Shown: piece after piece, positions 1 to 12,457 of the stretch
How positions within the stretch are numbered: the stretch's first letter is position 1
How the letters are laid out: every line of letters begins with the position of its first letter
Source: Antedon mediterranea
Taxonomy: Eukaryota > Animalia > Echinodermata
DNA: 64,000 bases
Direction of reading: 5' to 3'
NCBI RefSeq assembly: GCF_964355755.1
Contig: NC_092678.1
Location: 25,685,365-25,749,364 of the forward strand
Position numbers and translations under genes: made by a program
The notes under the pieces: generated by a model
What the model was told of the DNA's origin: nothing
Seen by the model: only the letters and a program-made list of their open reading frames with translations
Databases searched by the model: none

Positions 1-121
1 TTTTTCTTAAAAGATGCTATTTTTAAATAAAACCTTATTTACAGTAAATTACTATACTAGTTTTTAAATTTGTTTGGGTCTTTAAAAAAGTAAAAATGTA
101 TAGTTTGGGTGTAGGCCTTAC

Positions 122-1347
122 CTGGTGCGTGGGCGTCGACCAACGCATGAACAGCACAGCCATCATTCCAATCTGTCGTCAAGTTGTTGATCGTTGGTTT
201 TTCTATCTTGTCTTTTACCCAGTTGAGTAATTGCTGATTTCTGGTGCTCTCTTGTTCAGTTATATCTTCCAGTTTTAAGAATGCATACTTAAGTATAAGT
301 GACCATATCACTCCCCCAATCTGGCTCACATTTCCATTTACAATTTCCCCTGCATCTGTTTTGAATGATAATTATAGAATTTAATATGTAAAGGAAATGT
401 GATTAGTTTAGTGTGTATATTGGTGCTTTGATATAGCCCTACTCCCCACCCAAATCTTTCCCCCTCTCCAAATGCCATACCCTACAGTATATTCAAACCT
501 CTTCCTTCTCACCCCCTTTCACACTACAATACCCAGGGTCATTATATTCTAGATGGCAGGCATATGTAGAGGAATGTGATTAGTTTAGTGTGTATATTGG
601 TGCTTTGAAAAATTGTTCCACCTTGTGCCATGTAAATAGTACTACTACTCCCCCACCTGACTCTTCCCCCACCTGACTCTGCCCCCACCTGACTCTGCCC
701 CCACCTGACTCTTCCCCCACCTGACTCTTCCCCCTCCTCGCCCTCCAAATGCCCTACCTTATATTTAAACCTCGACTCTTTCCCCATCCCCTTTCATACC
801 AACACTGTCAAGCAACATTCAGGGCCATTACATTCGAGGTGTATATTATGTGTATATGAAATGTGTACTTTATTCTACCAGTGGCGGATCCAGTATTTTG
901 AAATGGCAAATTTTAAGTGCCGAACTGAAATTAGTGTCCTATCCTTTGCATTACAATAGCAACATTTAGGTGAGCCTGCTGAGTGCGCCTGCTGAGTGAG
1001 CCTGCTGAGTGCCCCCTTGAATTCGCCTATGTTCGTATTGTCTAAAAATGACCCGAATGATACTTACCAAAGCCAATAAGCTTAAGTCCTTCACTTCTTA
1101 CTAACTCCAGAGCTACCTGTACATTCTCAATCTTTTTTGACTTGAATAACGCCATTTTATTGTAGCGTGGTATTTTCCTGTTTGTTACCTTTTCCACTAA
1201 TGTAATTAGGATGACACCATTGCTGAAATCTTTACCTATACTTTTGACACGTTTACCACTGCCTTCTAATTGTTTGTTACACCAGCGAATAACAACATTT
1301 TGTTGCAATTGTGTCCATTCTGTATCGGGTCCTGGATCTTCTGACAT
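122..1347 (-). CDS. Divergent filamin-like protein, N-terminal actin-binding domain (CH1 + start of CH2); first two coding exons, gene continues off the left edge
   Basis: Exon 1347-1068 reads MSEDPGPDTEWTQLQQNVVIRWCNKQL...DFSNGVILITLVEKVT...KIENVQVALELV and ends at G|GTAAGT. Exon 355-122 reads CAG|AT..., DAGEIVNGNVSQIGGVIWSLILKY...LLNWVKDKIEKPTINNLTTDWNDGCAVHALVDAHAPG and ends at |GTAAGG. These match the filamin CH1/CH2 motifs (W..IQQNTF.RWCN; ILGLIWTLILHY; NF..DW..G.A..ALVD..APG). Confidence 0.85.
651..735. repeat. 16-bp C/G-rich minisatellite (CCCCACCTGACTCTTC), about 5 copies, in the filamin-like intron
   Basis: Tandem copies are directly visible. The minus strand has repeated G4-5 runs. 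Confidence 0.8.
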
Positions 1348-2112
1348 TGTCTTATTCCTCAATGTAGTGCAGTTGATATCAATCTATGGTTTTTGTTCCG
1401 TCAAAATGTCAGTGAGGCTTTGCCAGCTTATGAGTTCTGTGTTGATACAATTCTGTCACTATAAAAAAGTCTTGTAAATAATCGATGTATATGTGCGTGA
1501 ATATGTCAACAATAGTATTGTAATATGTATTTGGGGCGAATCTACATGTAGGTTTAATCCTTAATAAACACAATTACAATTGAACAGTTTAAAAGATCAT
1601 ATTGAGTCAGACTTTGTATTGTTATGTAAAACATGCTTGTCATAAATATCAATTTATAACAACAGTATGAATAATTGGTACAAAAAGCAGGAGGGCTCAG
1701 CCATGTGGAACACGCAAACATACCAGTTTCACCCGTAATGACCATATATGGGCATTAGTGTGGTTAATGTAAAAGAATATAATATACATTTGAATGTAAA
1801 CTAAAAATGAGTGGGTGAGTGCTTACAGGGCAAGGCTATACTGCTGTGTATTATCAAATATCAAATGAGTGGGTGAGTGCTTACAGGGCAAGGCTAATAT
1901 ACTGCTGTGTATTATCAAATATTTAATAATTCTACATTTGTACTGATTTATTAAAGTATACACATTATAATGTAAGAAGCTAAAGTTTATAAAATGTTTA
2001 AAAAAATTAATTCAAAGTTTAATTTCAAATATGTTATTATATTAGTCATAATTATATAGTTTTTAAATAAAAAATGAACAAACCATTCTTAATTAGAAAG
2101 GTTGTATATCAG

Positions 2113-2973
2113 CTATCTCTATTGAAATATACAGTAGTAGAGTGTCCTATTCATACTATACTATCTCTATTGAAATATACAGTAGTAGAGTGTCCTATTC
2201 ATACTATACTATCTCTATTGAAATATACAGTAGTAGAGTGTCCTATTCATACTATACTATCTCTATTGAAATATACAGTAGTAGAGTGTCCTATTCATAC
2301 TATACTATCTCTATTGAAATATACAGTAGTAGAGTGTCCTATTCATACTATACTATCTCTATTGAAATATACACTAGTAGAGTGTCCTATTCATACTATA
2401 CTATCTCTATTGAAATATACACTAGTAGAGTGTCCTATTCATACTATACTATCTCTATTGAAATATACAGTAGTAGAGTGTCCTATTCATACTATACTAT
2501 CTCTATTGAAATATACAGTAGTAGAGTGTCCTATTCATACTATACTATCTCTATTGAAATATACAGTAGTAGAGTGTCCTATTCATACTATACTATCTCT
2601 ATTGAAATATACAGTAGTAGAGTGTCCTATTCATACTATACTATCTCTATTGAAATATACAGTAGTAGAGTGTCCTATTCATACTATACTATCTCTATTG
2701 AAATATACAGTAGTAGAGTGTCCTATTCATACTATACTATCTCTATTGAAATATACAGTAGTAGAGTGTCCTATTCATACTATACTATCTCTATTGAAAT
2801 ATACAGTAGTAGAGTGTCCTATTCATACTATACTATCTCTATTGAAATATACAGTAGTAGAGTGTCCTATTCATACTATACTATCTCTATTGAAATATAC
2901 ACTAGTAGAGTGTCCTATTCATACTATACTATCTCTATTGAAATATACACTAGTAGAGTGTCCTATTCATACT
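2113..2973. repeat. 48-bp tandem repeat, about 18 copies
   Basis: Unit CTATCTCTATTGAAATATACAGTAGTAGAGTGTCCTATTCATACTATA. Copies differ only by a G/C variant (ACAGTAG vs ACACTAG). Confidence 0.97.
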
Positions 2974-3227
2974 TTGAAAAAATAATTATATTACTCGATA
3001 TTTATACCATGGAGTAATTAACTATACTATATACTATATATATGCTGATTAAAACCTTCTACAAAGCTGGCTATATGTTATAACCATTCATGGTTTCTGA
3101 GTTGATTAAAAATGTTTCAACTTCAATTTATTTATATATAATGAATTGTGATAAAATGTTCATCTGGTTTTCAATATTAATGAATTTGTAATTCTTTACA
3201 AATTTTGTTTACAAATTTAAGTTGAGT

Positions 3228-6200
3228 TTAATACATAAACCAATCCTGCATATTGCTAACAACGTCAAAAGACGGTAAAGTGCGCCCTTCCGTGTCAAGA
3301 CTTTCTGAACTACTGTACGCGGACGTACTGCTACTGATGCTCCCTCTTGCACGCTTCTTACTGAATATCTGCGCTGCGAGAGAAATTCTGTTCTTCTTTT
3401 TAATCTTTGATGACTGCGTGGTGGTAGGGGGCGTTTTCTCACCAGATGACACCCCTATGTTCTGTAATGGTAGTAGTAATGGGGACACTTTCCCAGAGTC
3501 TTGCAGCGAATTATTAGAGTTTGAAATAATGTGAGGAGATCCTAGGAAGTTTTGGTTTTGTAGGTCATAGTTGGATGGTTTTGGACTCCTATTTCTAGTA
3601 ACATCAAATTCCATACTGACATCACCATTATTTTCTTCTCTATGAGAAAGTTGCTCACGAGAATAAAAAACATGCTTTATAGATTCTCGTCTTCTTTTAT
3701 CTTTTTGGTGAGCGACGTTAATATCAACAATCTTTGTGTTTTTTAAACTCAACTTCTCTTTACTGTTCAGATTTAATCGTATCGTTCCATTTTCAAATTC
3801 TTTACCTTTCAGTTCAGGTGCAATATTTTCTACTGAGCTTCCTCCAGATGTATTCGAAGGTTCTTCTAAGTTTAGTTTTGGAATTGGACATTGGTCATGT
3901 GATTTGAGTGACCGGTCATTTGAGAACAACGATTCATTTATGGGCACATTTTGGTTTCTGTATTGTCCATTGGGTATGGGGGTGGACGTACTTCTAGGTG
4001 GAGTAGCTCGCAGTTCCTAAAATATAAATAGAAAGATTAATAGTAGATTTTATTTTATCTCCGTTCATACGTTCACTTTCATGATGGATTACATTACTCT
4101 ATTGATTAGTTCAGACAACATCATTGTACGGATTACAAAATTTAGAAAGAGAGGAGGGGGTGGGGGAGGGCCTAAACAATAATCTTCATCTGGACAGGCC
4201 CTTTTATAAATTGTCATGTTTTTTGTCACTTTTTACAGTAACCTTTACATTTACATACCTGTTCAAAGGCTGAAATATTGCCAGGCCTTCTGCGGACTCT
4301 GATTGGTGTTGTAGGTAAAATACGAGACGAGTTCCGAGCATCCAATGTAGAACTTCTGCCTTGATTCGAGTCTGAAATGTAAAATTCGATCTATGTGTAA
4401 CATTTAATACTAATATAAAAAAAGATCTTCTGACTAACATATTACTCAAGCAGTGTATACTTATAAAGTTTAATCTGTACATAATTAGTTTTTATTGGTT
4501 ATCCGCACTTGGCGGATAACCCCTTGTTATTGTCAGGATCTTTTTTTTTTCTTTTTTTTTTTTCTATGTTCTTCTTTCTTTCCACGAATTTTGTTCGCAG
4601 CGTATCTCTAACTCTGGCAAACATATGATTGTATAACTTTTTCAAAAGATTGCCCTGTAGCTGTAGATGTGCAAGAAACTTTTTTTTATGAATTTTGAGT
4701 TGCGCAGCGTAAGTTACGCGCGGTTTTATGAATTTAAATGATTGATCATAAATTAAAATCCGAAAGTCATTTTGTATTGAAACTTGGTGAACATTTAAGT
4801 CATATCAAGCGCAAACTTTCTATGGATTAAAAATGGCATGTTTCACAGGAAGTTACGCGCGCACGCGCGTTTAAAATTTCTAATCAACTTTCTACGCGTT
4901 TCATGTCATTTTGAGCATTTCAAAAATTCCCAGGCATGCGCAATTTTTTTACGCGCGCATGCGCACGTAGCGCAAAAACATCTTTTTTTTTTTTGATTTT
5001 TGTTTTTCCAGCCTTTTCTAGTAAATTTACCAACTTTCAAACAATTTGGACTTAAAATCACGTCATACGAGCACGTAGAATTGAACAATTTGCGCGTGTT
5101 TTTAATGAAAAAGTTAAAAAATTTGTCAAAATTTTGCCTTTTTTAAAAAGTCATAGATTCTAAACTCCGTGGTGAACATTTTTAAAATTTCAGATTCTGG
5201 AAGTAGATGAGTTGTAGATATCAAATCATGCATCCATATGGCTAACCGGACATTGTGACGTCATCGTATGGCCACTGGAATATAAAATATAGGATTTTTG
5301 TCTCTTTCGCATAGCTCATCACATTTAATAGAGCGCATCTCTACTTATCCGTATTGCATTTCCTCCCATTTTGTTATATTGTCTAGGTCAATCAATTATC
5401 TTTCGCATAATCTACCATTTTTTAAATTGTGATGACGTCATCATGTCGAAAAGCGTCAATAACTTTGGTCCCTTATTTTCACCTATTCTGCACTGTACGT
5501 AGTACGTATACAGAATATAGTGTATAACGTATACAGTTTGACGTGACGCAAAATAGAGAGCGCACTAACATTTTTAAAATGGCATAATCATTTTTCTGCG
5601 CGCAATATTCTAACGTATGACGTGCACGTGGAGTTTGCGCTGCGGATAACCTAACTGTCCGTAGTGACGAGTTCAAATCTAGTTACTTTTGATTTACTTT
5701 TATATAGTTATTATCATTTAAAAGTTGTTTTTGTTCTTCTTGGAGGTAAAAGTAAATTTTGCCTTTTGAAATGTTATACCCACCTTGTTGTAGTCTTGGA
5801 CTTCGTCGTAGTTCCGTTGACGTCTGGCTTGACAAACTCCGTTTAACGCGATTCATGTTAGGCATCACAAGCATCTTCACAACATTTGAGGTTGTCATGA
5901 GGTCAACGACATCTAAATGGTTCATTCCAGATATGTCTTCCCCATTTACCTGGAAATATAGTTTAATTTATAATGATTATAGATTTAGTATTTTTACTGC
6001 CTTTTCCCCTCATTTTGTTATTTTCCCATTCTAGATTCTTCCAGAAAAAAAAAAAAAAGATTTCTCCAATAATATTTGCTTGAGTTTACTGGATACCAGC
6101 AAAACTCTAAACTTGGATACTGAATCTAATTGTCATATCGCCCTCTATACATATATTTTTTTTAACGGACTTAGTAAAAACCGTATGAGGTTATAAAGGT

Positions 6201-9200
6201 GAAATTACCAATAAACTGAATAAACTTTAAGAATGAATAGACAGATGATTTTTGTACTGACATTGACAAAAAAAACCGACCTATATTTGAACATTTAACA
6301 ACTTAATTCAGTGGTAAATAAACTGGAACTGATTTAGGGTGTGGTAGTTAGTCCTTTTGAAAAAAAAACAATGTGTTGGTATACAACAAAAGTACTTAAA
6401 ACAACTAAATGTGTTTAATCATTAATAAGCTTAGAAACTTAATTGATAATAACTTAATTAATATGAAACAACTACAGTTTTCAATCTCTTACAAAATACA
6501 TTATTATGGAGTAATTTTAATGGCTCTATAAGTATTTTAAAATTAAAAAATACAAATTCATAGATAAATATCCTTCTTTATTGTTAGTCAGCACCATACC
6601 TACAGTTTCTTTTGATATGTTTTCAAAAAAACATTTACAGGGCCGTAGCCACGATTATGGTTGGCCTTTGACAATCCACTGGCTTGAACACAGATTGTTC
6701 TCTTTGACAGAAGCCTTTGACAATCCACTGGCTTGAACACAGATTGTTCTCTTTGACAGAAGCCTTTGACAATCCAGTGGCTTGAACACAGATTGTTCTC
6801 TTTGACAGAGGCCTTTGACAATTCAGTGGCTTGAACAGAAACTGTTCTATTTTCTTGCGAAAACCAGACCACTTTATTTGGCTACACCACTGTTTTCTGA
6901 ACTTTTGTAAAAGTATTTAGAAATGTCAATCAGAGATAGATATCCTACATTGGTCGTCAACACCATACGTTGCCTTGGTGATTGTAATTGAATTGGTGTT
7001 ATGACAAAAGAACAATAGATTTGTGAAGGGTGCTTGTCTACCATTATATTGTAATTAAAGGTTTAAGAACACACCTTTAGTACGAGTTCTCCTCGCTTTA
7101 GTCCGGCCTTGTGGGCAGGTGATAGCGGATCTATACTTGCAACGGTCACTGGCAAGCCGTAGTCAATACCACTAAGGGATAAAAAATAAAAAAGCATTGT
7201 ACCATATCAGTTAGAAGTTTTACACCATACCACACCATATTTTCTGTATAGTTATTTTAAAATGGGTGTAACATGTTTTTTGTGTTTTGCTCTGGTAATT
7301 TTCTTTGCAAGTATTTCAAATTTGGGTAATCAATTATATATTGTGAATCTTTACCCTTTAGATCCTATAGTCAATTCATGGTTGGCAAAACAGTATAATT
7401 GTGTTTATATGGGAATGGCTTTATAAAATTATATATATTAGGTTTATAAAAAAACTACAGTTGCAACTTACCCTCGTATACTGCAACCAAGAAAGCCATC
7501 ATCATCTGCAACCAGTAATACAACCCTCATTCTGTCCACGAGTGAGTCATCCTTTCGGTATGATGAACTTTCCCGACTTCTATTTAAAAAAAGATTTAAA
7601 AGTCGGTTAAGAAAGTGTACACTGGAAGTGAATACTGTGTCATATATTTGTACTGTTATGTTATCAAACAGTTTAAACATATTTGAAAGCTGTGATACTT
7701 TTCCATCGTTTGTTCACAGGAGTATCCATTGAATAGGTGTGTCTGTTGAATACGTGTGTCTGTTGAATAGGTGTGTCCATTTAATAGGTGTGTCCATTGA
7801 ATACGTGTGTCCGTAGAATACGTGTGTCCATTTAATAGGTGTGTCGTTGAATAGGTGTGTCCGTTGAATACGTGTGTCCATTTAATAGGTGTGTCTGTTG
7901 AATAGGTGTGTCCATTGAATAGGTGTGTCTGTTGAATAGGTGTGTCCATTGAATAGGTGTGTCTGTTGAATAGGTGTGTCCATTGAATAGGTGTGTCTGT
8001 TGAATAGGTGTGTCTGTTGAATAGGTGTGTCTGTTGAATAGGTGTGTCTGTTGAATAGGTGTGTCTGTTGAATAGGTGTGTCCGTTGAATAGGTGTGTCC
8101 GTTGAATAGGTGTGTCCGTTGAATAGGTGTGTCTGTTGAATAGGTGTGTCTGTTGAATAGGTGTGTCCGTTGAATAGGTGTGTCCGTTGAATAGGTGTGT
8201 CCGTTGAATAGGTGTGTCTGTTGAATAGGTGTGTCTGTTGAATACGTGTGTCTGTTGAATACGTGTGTCTGTTGAATACGTGTGTCTGTTGAATACGTGT
8301 GTCTGTTGAATAGGTGTGTCTGTTGAATAGGTGTGTCTGTTGAATAGGTGTGTCTGTTGAATAGGTGTGTCCATTTAATAGGTGTGTCTGTAGTTAATTA
8401 CCAGTATAACTAAAATTATGCTTAAATTTAACATGAGACTTGGTGTTCAAATCAAGCAAAGTAAAAAGAGTGAATTTCTTAATGAATAAAACAAAAGTAC
8501 AATTGTTCAGGATGAAAAAGAAATACATTTTTCAAATACATTTATATAACATTATGCTCATATTATTAACTTTGGCCATTACTAATGATATATACTATGC
8601 TTTAGAATTACTGCAGTAGTCGAGGCTTAACTGTATTTGACTGCTTCCTTTAGAATTACTGCAGTAGTCGAGGCTTAACTGTATTTGACTGCTTCCTTTA
8701 GAATTACTGCAGTAGTCGAGGCTTAACTGTATTTGACTGCTTCCTTTAGAATTACTGCAGTAGTCGAGGCTTAACTGTATTTGACTGCTTCCTTTAGAAT
8801 TACTGCAGTAGTCGAGGCTTAACTGTATTTGACTGCTTCCTTTAGAATTACTGCAGTAGTCGAGGCTTAACTGTATTTGACTGCTTCCTTTAGAATTACT
8901 GCAGTAGTCGAGGCTTAACTGTATTTGACTGCTTCCTTTAGAATTACTGCAGTAGTCGAGGCTTAACTGTATTTGACTGCTTCCTTTAGAATTACTGCAG
9001 TAGTCGAGGCTTAACTGTATTTGACTGCTTCCTTTAGAATTACTGCAGTAGTCGAGGCTTAACTGTATTTGACTGCTTCCTTTAGAATTACTGCAGTAGT
9101 CGAGGCTTAACTGTATTTGACTGCTTCCTTTAGAATTACTGCAGTAGTCGAGGCTTAACTGTATTTGACTGCTTCCTTTAGAATTACTGCAGTAGTCGAG

Positions 9201-11740
9201 GCTTAACTGTATTTGACTGCTTCCTTTAGAATTACTGCAGTAGTCGAGGCTTAACTGTATTTGACTGCTTCCTTTAGAATTACTGCAGTAGTCGAGGCTT
9301 AACTGTATTTGACTGCTTCCTTTAGAATTACTGCAGTAGTCGAGGCTTAACTGTATTTGACTGCTTCCTTTAGAATTACTGCAGTAGTCGAGGCTTAACT
9401 GTATTTGACTGCTTCCTTTAGAATTACTGCAGTAGTCGAGGCTTAACTGTATTTGACTGCTTCCTTTAGAATTACTGCAGTAGTCGAGGCTTAACTGTAT
9501 TTGACTGCTTCCTTTAGAATTACTGCAGTAGTCGAGGCTTAACTGTATTTGACTGCTTCCTTTAGAATTACTGCAGTAGTCGAGGCTTAACTGTATTTGA
9601 CTGCTTCCTTTAGAATTACTGCAGTAGTCGAGGCTTAACTGTATTTGACTGCTTCCTTTAGAATTACTGCAGTAGTCGAGGCTTAACTGTATTTGACTGC
9701 TTCCTTTAGAGTCACCTGGTTCAACTAAGTACATTCATACAATTTATCAATAGCAGCCATTGTGTACATTTACTTAGGTTTCACCTGTGCTAACAATGTA
9801 TATTGGAATCTTCATGATTTATCACTCAATAATACTAAGTCTGTACTTAGAGCGATAACAGCCATACTGTACAGACGTATACAGTACTGTATGTGTTTTT
9901 TTTTAAATAAAAAACTTATTATTTATTGACCAGAGAAGTAAATCCCAAAAGGATGATAAATAAAATAGAAACATTTGCTTGTCTTAATTAAAATAACACC
10001 TTCTGTAGATACAGTATGTATTGATCCATTAAGTAATAATTACTCCATAATTATCCTAAACCAGAATCCAGTCAGACTTTACAAGTACGTCATGCACTAC
10101 ATTGATCAAATACAAATAGGGAAGTACAGTATCCCAATAGGGTGATAGAAAAATGTTTTTTTTGTTGCGTTAAGTAAAATAAAAAGATTACTCATAATGA
10201 CCTACTGTATTAATATCCTAAATCACAATCAAATAAGCAACGTTGGGCCCGGTTGCGTTCTGGATGGGAGACCATCTAGAAATCGTGGCGGGTGCTGTAT
10301 ATACTGGAGAGTGATGGTGTAATGGTAATATCGGACTAGCATGTGATAGGCATGGGTTCGAGGTTATCATACTAATTGCATCCTTAGGCAAGATGCTTTA
10401 CTCTCATTGCCTAATCTGGTAGGCGCTGCACTGCTGGCTGCCGTGGGTCCGTGGAGGGCCTAATCCTAATTTCCTCACTGAGGACAAATATTAAATAATA
10501 TTAAATACAGTAAGCCTGAACTTAAAGCATAACAGCCATACTGTACAGTACACAATAAAACATTATGTGTTTAAAATTGACCAGAGAAGTAAATCCCAAA
10601 AGGGATACATATGATAGAAAAATGGTTTTTTATGTGTCTTAATTAAAATAACACTTACTTATGATGGCCTTCTGTAGCTATGTATTGATCCATGATTTTT
10701 CTAAACCAGAATCCATTCAGAATTTACAAGAACCAAAATAAATTACCTAGGAGTATCATTTGGCGTACCAGGCATCTGTCCACATTGTGCTAGGTATAGT
10801 GTCAACTTAAAAGCAGATTTTATCGCCACCACGGCCTCCGCATGAGTCACGTTTTTAAGAGATGTGCCGTTCACTTTTAAAATCCGTTCTCCAACTTTTA
10901 AACCCTAAAAATCAGATAAATTGTAGACATTAATTCAAGATAATAAATACTGTAAGTTATTGACAAATAATTACTCTGTTTCAATTTAGGAATACAGAAA
11001 AATTGATTTTTTACCTTCTTTTCGGCTTGGCCACCTGAATCAACAGATGAAATATATATACCAGCATTAAGATCTTTTCCACCACGAATACAAAACCCTA
11101 AGTTTTCTCCATGTCTGTTTTCAAGTTTAACCTTTCGGACAGCGAGATTCTGACCTGACCTACTTGACCTTTGAACCGGTATCTCATCCGAAGTTGACGT
11201 TACTCTTAATAACTCGACATGAGTAGTTTTGCTTCGTTTTCTCTCTGCTTTTCCAGTTCTCTCGTCTCCTTGTTTGTCTTTCTTACCAGGAACTCTTGAT
11301 GTTGATGCCTCCAGATGGATTCTATCAAGGTTCCCCTCCATTGATCTGGTTCTTCTTCTTCTGTCGTTTCTTTCCCTAACTCCTTCCGTTATTCCTTTAG
11401 AAGGTTCTAGTACAGAGCTATGTCTGGCTGGTTTCTTATCTCCTTTATCTGATGGTTTCATCTTTTGATGTTCACTCTGTAGAAGTCTCTCATAATGCTG
11501 AAAATGGACGGAGCATAAACTATTGAAATCTAGAAGAAGATGTTCTGGAACCATAGAGTGAAGCACCACCAAAATCTGCATCTTCTCTTTGGTGTTAAGG
11601 ATGACTTTTAAGGAGCTACAGAAGGAAACTATGGAGTGGTTCTCTCTGAATGACTGTATGGCCGTCTTAAGCTGCTGACACTCTGCTGGCGTGAGCACCT
11701 TGTGCGACAACGATCGAAGCTTGGCGCTTGTAAGCGGCAT
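3228..11740 (-). CDS. Whirlin-like (WHRN/PDZD7/harmonin family) PDZ scaffold: harmonin-N-like domain + PDZ1 + PDZ2 + long disordered tail, about 718 aa, 7 coding exons
   Basis: Exons 11740-11015, 10904-10747, 7579-7472, 7171-7075, 5949-5784, 4371-4259 and 4016-3228 are all GT-AG and total 2157 nt in frame. The N-terminus (LSHKVLTPAECQQLKTAIQSF...LKVILNTKEKMQILVVLHSMVP) is HHD-like. PDZ1 is LGFCIRGG...GIYISSVD...AEKKGLKVGERILKVNG...VTHAEAV, close to whirlin PDZ1. PDZ2 is LGCSIRGGIDYGLPVTVASIDPLSPAHKAGLKRGELVLKVNG. Confidence 0.85.
4493..5682 (+). mobile_element. Non-autonomous Helitron/Helentron-type (HINE/DINE-like) element in a whirlin-like intron
   Basis: 5' hairpin GGTTATCCGC-ACTTG-GCGGATAACC (4497-4521) followed by a T-rich tract. 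GCGGATAACC recurs near the 3' end (5642-5651), followed by a short imperfect hairpin and CTAG (5679-5682) before TT. The CpG-rich interior contrasts with its flanks. Confidence 0.6.
6665..6850. repeat. 49-bp tandem repeat, about 3.7 copies
   Basis: Unit CTTTGACAATCCACTGGCTTGAACACAGATTGTTCTCTTTGACAGAAGC. Confidence 0.85.
7729..8390. repeat. 17-bp minisatellite, about 39 copies
   Basis: Unit TTGAATAGGTGTGTCTG with CCA/CCG/ACG variants. Confidence 0.95.
8601..9710. repeat. 48-bp tandem repeat, about 23 apparently identical copies
   Basis: Unit TTTAGAATTACTGCAGTAGTCGAGGCTTAACTGTATTTGACTGCTTCC, intronic in the whirlin-like gene. Confidence 0.97.
10199..10503 (+). mobile_element. Composite SINE: 5S rRNA-derived head + tRNA-derived segment + conserved SINE central domain + AT-rich tail
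   Basis: TAAGCAACGTTGGGCCCGGTTGCGTTCTGGATGGGAGACC...GGGTGCTGTA resembles 5S boxes A/IE/C and the 5S 3' end. TGGTGTAATGG and GGTTCGA are tRNA A/B boxes. TCCTTAGGCAAGATGCTTTACTCTCATTGCCT resembles CORE/V/Deu-type central domains. The element ends AATTTCCTCACTGAGGACAAATA. Confidence 0.7.
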
Positions 11741-12457
11741 GTTGATTTTATTCTCAACACTACAGTCTGTGGGAAGAAAAATATATGTAAATAAATTCTT
11801 CTAAATCCAAAATGTAATATTCATGATTAATAATTAGCCCTGACAAAGGAATAATTTTTATCTGAGAGCTTGGTACATATTTTTAGCTGTTTTTGCTTTT
11901 TGTTTATTTTATTTGTAGATCCAGTGACTGATTTTTTCAGTAATTTGCTTTGAATTGATGATTAATGATCAAATATTTCTTATGAAAATATCAACAATTG
12001 AAACAGGGTCCCTTGAAACACACTAATGAGAAATGACTACAAAATACAAATTACATTTAATTATATATTTGTTTAATGATTTTAATTTTTTTTTTAATAC
12101 AAAAAGCAAAATATAAATCAATATTATCTAATTAAATTTGAGGATATTGAGAGAGTAAACAAAAGAGATGGAGTAACAAATAGACAGCAAATGATTCAAG
12201 CTGAAAGCACTATTGTTGTGATCCTGTCAGAGATACTCAGTCATGAATTAAAGCTATTGTTAATAATTATATTCAAATAATGAATTTGGCAACAAAAGAT
12301 GGTAACTAGTGAGAGATGAGGGATCATGTACCTTGTTAAGCCATGAATGGTTACTGTAGGTTTTAAATAACAACATTATAGACAGTACAAACAGTTTGGT
12401 AGAGAAACATTGGCTATTAATGTTATTTCTACTGAGTGAGATACATTAACATTTGAT

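Noticed and set aside
2074-3017. 303-aa and 291-aa repetitive ORFs
   Set aside because: By-products of a 48-bp (multiple of 3) satellite, with no domain or splice support.
1350-3228. Possible read-through fusion of the whirlin-like and filamin-like CDSs (same strand, adjacent)
   Set aside because: There is an in-frame TGA upstream of the filamin-like ATG, and the whirlin-like CDS has its own stop at 3228.
8601-9710. Possible CRISPR array
   Set aside because: Head-to-tail identical units with no unique spacers, no cas genes and a eukaryotic context. The same applies to the other arrays.
7656-9734. Repetitive ORFs of 97, 180 and 379 aa on the minus strand
   Set aside because: Translations of intronic 17-bp and 48-bp satellites. 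The whirlin-like exons splice in frame without them.
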